Shown here: in pieces, positions 61,495-64,000 of the stretch
How the letters are laid out: each line of letters starts with the position of its first letter
Numbering within the stretch: the stretch's first letter is position 1
NCBI GenBank assembly: GCA_965223155.1
Contig: CBDCVR010000015.1
Location: 1,056,001 to 1,120,000 of the forward strand
Reading direction: 5' to 3'
Length of the DNA: 64,000 nt
Source of the DNA: Candidatus Multivoradales bacterium
GTDB taxonomy: Bacteria > Acidobacteriota > Thermoanaerobaculia > Multivoradales > JAHEKO01
Notes under the pieces: generated by a model
The model's input: only the letters and a program-made list of their open reading frames with translations
Databases searched by the model: none
Told to the model about the DNA's origin: nothing
Made by a program: the position numbers and the translations under genes

Positions 61495-62646
61495 ATGCTC
61501 TCGGTTAGGATTTGGATCGCCCGGGCACTCGGGCTCGTGGCAGCCGGCGCTTTCGCCGGTCTGGGCGCCGGTCTGGGCGCCGGGGCGGCGCCGGCCGAGG
61601 CCGGTACCGTCGGAGCCCAGGCTCTGGGAGCCAAGGCTTCGGCGGCCAAGACCCTGGGAGCCGAGCCCATTCCGTTGCGCTCGATCTCGCCGCTGCGGCT
61701 GCTCTTCTACCAGCCGACCCCAGAGGGCGCGGCCACCCTGGGGCGGGCGCGCGCGGTTGTCAGCTGGGACTTGTCCGAGACCAACGTCCTCCACATTCGT
61801 AACTCGCCGGCGACCGAGTTCGACGCCGATCTCAACCTGGAGATCACGCGGCTCCTGGTGCGCTTCCGGTTGGGGCTCTCCGACCGCTGGGACTTGGGCT
61901 TCGAAGCGCCGTTCTACCGGTTCCACGACGGTTTCCTGGACCGGACGATCGTCGATATCGAGGATTTCCTCGGCGATCCCAAGATTCAGCGCGAGTTCGA
62001 GCGCAGCCAGCCCGGAGCCGACCGGTTCCGGTTCTTCCTCAAGCGCAACGGCGAGGTGTTCTTCGAGCGGCCGGGACCCCGCTCGGGGCTGGGCGACATC
62101 GCGGTGACGGCGAAGCGCCGGCTCGTCGAACAGCGCGGCCGCCGGCCCGAAACCAGCCTGCGTCTGGCCTTGAAGCTGCCCACCGGCCGGGACGAGCACG
62201 CCATGGGGAGCGGCGACGTAGACATCGGCGTGGGGCTCGCCGCCGACTTCGAGCGGCCCCGCTGGAGCCTCTATGGCAACGCCGCGGTGACCTGGCCGCT
62301 CGGGGACCCGTTCGAGGACGCGGGGCTCGTAACCCCGCTTCTTTCGAGCGGCCATCTCGGCTGGGCTCGCCGGTTGGGCGACGGCTGGATCTTCCTGGCC
62401 CAACTGGCGGTTACCTCGGGTCCGTTCGAGGAGGCCGGCGACCGGCCGCCGAGTCCGCTTCCGGCCGGCACCTTTAACAACTTCGGTGGCTCGATCGTGG
62501 ACGTGGGGCTGGGCGCGAGCTACGAGCTCAACCAACGAACGCGCATGGTTCTGGCCCTAGTCGAGGACATTCACAACACCAGCAACGCCGCCGCCGACGT
62601 CTCGCTGCTGGTGAGCTTCAGCATCGCCGCCCGCCACGTCTTCTAG
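61495..62646 (+). CDS. Putative outer-membrane beta-barrel (DUF3187/MetA-like)
   Basis: Signal peptide, GFLD..I..., GLGDI, LKLPTG..GSG..D motifs, C-terminal Phe. Confidence 0.72.
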   Translation: MLSVRIWIARALGLVAAGAFAGLGAGLGAGAAPAEAGTVGAQALGAKASAAKTLGAEPIPLRSISPLRLLFYQPTPEGAATLGRARAVVSWDLSETNVLHIRNSPATEFDADLNLEITRLLVRFRLGLSDRWDLGFEAPFYRFHDGFLDRTIVDIEDFLGDPKIQREFERSQPGADRFRFFLKRNGEVFFERPGPRSGLGDIAVTAKRRLVEQRGRRPETSLRLALKLPTGRDEHAMGSGDVDIGVGLAADFERPRWSLYGNAAVTWPLGDPFEDAGLVTPLLSSGHLGWARRLGDGWIFLAQLAVTSGPFEEAGDRPPSPLPAGTFNNFGGSIVDVGLGASYELNQRTRMVLALVEDIHNTSNAAADVSLLVSFSIAARHVF

Positions 62647-62727
62647 CCAGCATCTCTCACCACGGCTTGGTCAGAAGGCCGCAACAGTCTGAACCTTCGT
62701 CCAACCTTGGTGAGACTTGCGGGCTCG
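62643..62727. mobile_element. 85-bp CTAG-bounded miniature inverted-repeat element, copy 2 (supplies the stop codon of the beta-barrel gene)
   Basis: CTAG-CCAGCATC-TCTCACC...GGTGAGA-CTTGCGGG-CTCG; same length and central CGYAA-N4-CTGAA as copy 1. Confidence 0.55.
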
Positions 62728-62817
62728 CCGGGTTCGGCTCCCTGGAATCGTGGCGACAGCTGTGGTGTCCGCGATGCCCGGCGTGCGAACCGAGGACTGT
62801 GCGGGTTGAGGGCCGGA

Positions 62818-63243
62818 TCAGCCTCTCGCCAGCGAGTCGCGGATCTCGGTCAGGAGCTGGACTTCCTCGGAAGGCTCGCCGGACTCGTCCGCCGCGGCGT
62901 CTTCCTCGTCCCGCCGCATCCGGTTGACGGCCTTGATGACGAGAAAGATGGTGAAGGCGATCAGGACGAAATCGACGATGTTCTGGAGGAACATCCCGTA
63001 CTTCAAGACCGCGGCGCCCGCCTCCTCGGCGGCGGCCAGGGACGCGTAAGTGTTGCCGTCGAGAGCGGTAAAGAGCTCGGCAAAGCTCACCCCGCCCAGG
63101 AGCTTGCCGACGACCGGCATCAGGACGTCGTTGACCAGCGAGCTCACGATCTTGCCAAAGGCGCCGCCGATGATGATTCCGATGGCCATGTCCATGACGT
63201 TGCCCTTGAGGGCGAACTCTTTGAACTCCGACATCATGCTCAT
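62818..63243 (-). CDS. mscL: Large-conductance mechanosensitive channel
   Basis: EFKEFALKGNVMDMAIGIIIGGAFGKIV, LLTEIRD; AAGGAG RBS. Confidence 0.96.
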   Translation of the reverse strand: MSMMSEFKEFALKGNVMDMAIGIIIGGAFGKIVSSLVNDVLMPVVGKLLGGVSFAELFTALDGNTYASLAAAEEAGAAVLKYGMFLQNIVDFVLIAFTIFLVIKAVNRMRRDEEDAAADESGEPSEEVQLLTEIRDSLARG

Positions 63244-63361
63244 TGCTGAATCTCCTTCTGTCAGGCTTCTGCCCGGTCCGAAACGGCGGAGCGATTCTAG
63301 CCTGCGTCTCCGACCAAGGTTAAGCCGCCAAATTTGCCCGGCGCCTCCGTCGGCGCAACTC

Positions 63362-64000
63362 TCAGAAGCGACCGCGCTCCGGCGGCCGCCGCTCGAGGTT
63401 AAAGCGCAGCACGATCGGGTCGTGATCGGCGGCCCGCTCGCCGTCCGGGAAGTCGGCGTTGCAATGCACGACGTCGATCTCGGCGACGCCCTCGGCGGCA
63501 AGACCGGCGCTCACCAGGACATTGTCCAGAACCTGCGAGTTGCCGCGAAAGATGAAGGTATACCGCTCTTCGGCCGGGACGCGGAGCATCAGATTCTCGA
63601 GATCCGGTCCGGCCAGGACGGCGAGCGGTGGCCGGTAGGGGTGCTCGTTGAAATCGCCGAGGACGATGACGTGGGCATCGGGGTCGAGTGCCAGAAGCCG
63701 GTCCAGGAAGCCGCGGATGACATGGGCTTCGCCCGCGCGCAGGGTCTCGGTGATCCGGCCCGGAGGCTGCTCGGAGCCGAAGAGCGGCGCGTCGCCGCGC
63801 TTCGAGCGCATGTGCAGGTTGACCAGGAAGATGCGCTCGCCGGCGAACTCCACCTCGACCGCCAGCGGCTTGCGTACGCCGGTGAACGTGCCGGCGGGAT
63901 CGGGGCCGAAGGCCGGGTTCGCTGGATCGATGCGGCTCGGGTTGGGCGACAGGAAGGTCCCGCGCTCGTCCTCGAGCCACTCGCCCGCCGTCGTGGCATC
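63362..64000 (-). CDS. Endonuclease/exonuclease/phosphatase-family protein (extracellular nuclease-like), 5' truncated by the window edge
   Basis: RKPL, NLHMRSK, LGDFN, YTFIFRGNSQVLD, DHDP. Confidence 0.85.
   Translation of the reverse strand, partial: DATTAGEWLEDERGTFLSPNPSRIDPANPAFGPDPAGTFTGVRKPLAVEVEFAGERIFLVNLHMRSKRGDAPLFGSEQPPGRITETLRAGEAHVIRGFLDRLLALDPDAHVIVLGDFNEHPYRPPLAVLAGPDLENLMLRVPAEERYTFIFRGNSQVLDNVLVSAGLAAEGVAEIDVVHCNADFPDGERAADHDPIVLRFNLERRPPERGRF

Noticed and set aside
59677-62535. 952-aa ORF read as one large peptidase
   Set aside because: The upstream part is antisense to the beta-barrel gene; the real start is the ATG at 61392, with AAGGAGG RBS and lipobox.

Overview
A GC-rich bacterial chromosomal segment, gene-dense and mostly core genome. 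Gene content (tandem lepB, bshC-bshB1-bshA, DmsE/MtrB pair, Thr-type sulfatase-like proteins) suggests an Acidobacteriota, possibly Thermoanaerobaculia-like, host; this is inference only. It carries parA-parB-bactofilin, pyrD-pyrF, two signal peptidases, comEA plus a FimT-like pseudopilin, mtnA, PFOR with a DHOD-like partner, tmRNA, dusB, an ECF42-YciI module, tRNA-Leu(GAG), secG-tpiA-pgk-gap, tsaD, an orphan GspE/PilB ATPase, several secreted peptidases, an oxidoreductase-SelD fusion, xth, a ZIP transporter and mscL. I saw no CRISPR array, integrase, transposase or prophage. The most interesting items are: (1) a five-gene MtoD/CymA/MtoAB-like trans-envelope electron conduit with no MtrC and an extra 63-aa two-TM subunit; (2) a probable N-methyl-bacillithiol operon; (3) two copies of an 85-bp CTAG-bounded, structure-conserving MITE-like element that supply gene stop codons; (4) a ClpX-fold ATPase lacking every ClpX substrate and ClpP-docking loop; (5) widespread leaderless-type gene starts; (6) recognisable ECF42 and sigma-54/IHF promoters and a long G-U-biased intergenic hairpin. 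All family calls come from motif recognition by eye; no searches were run.
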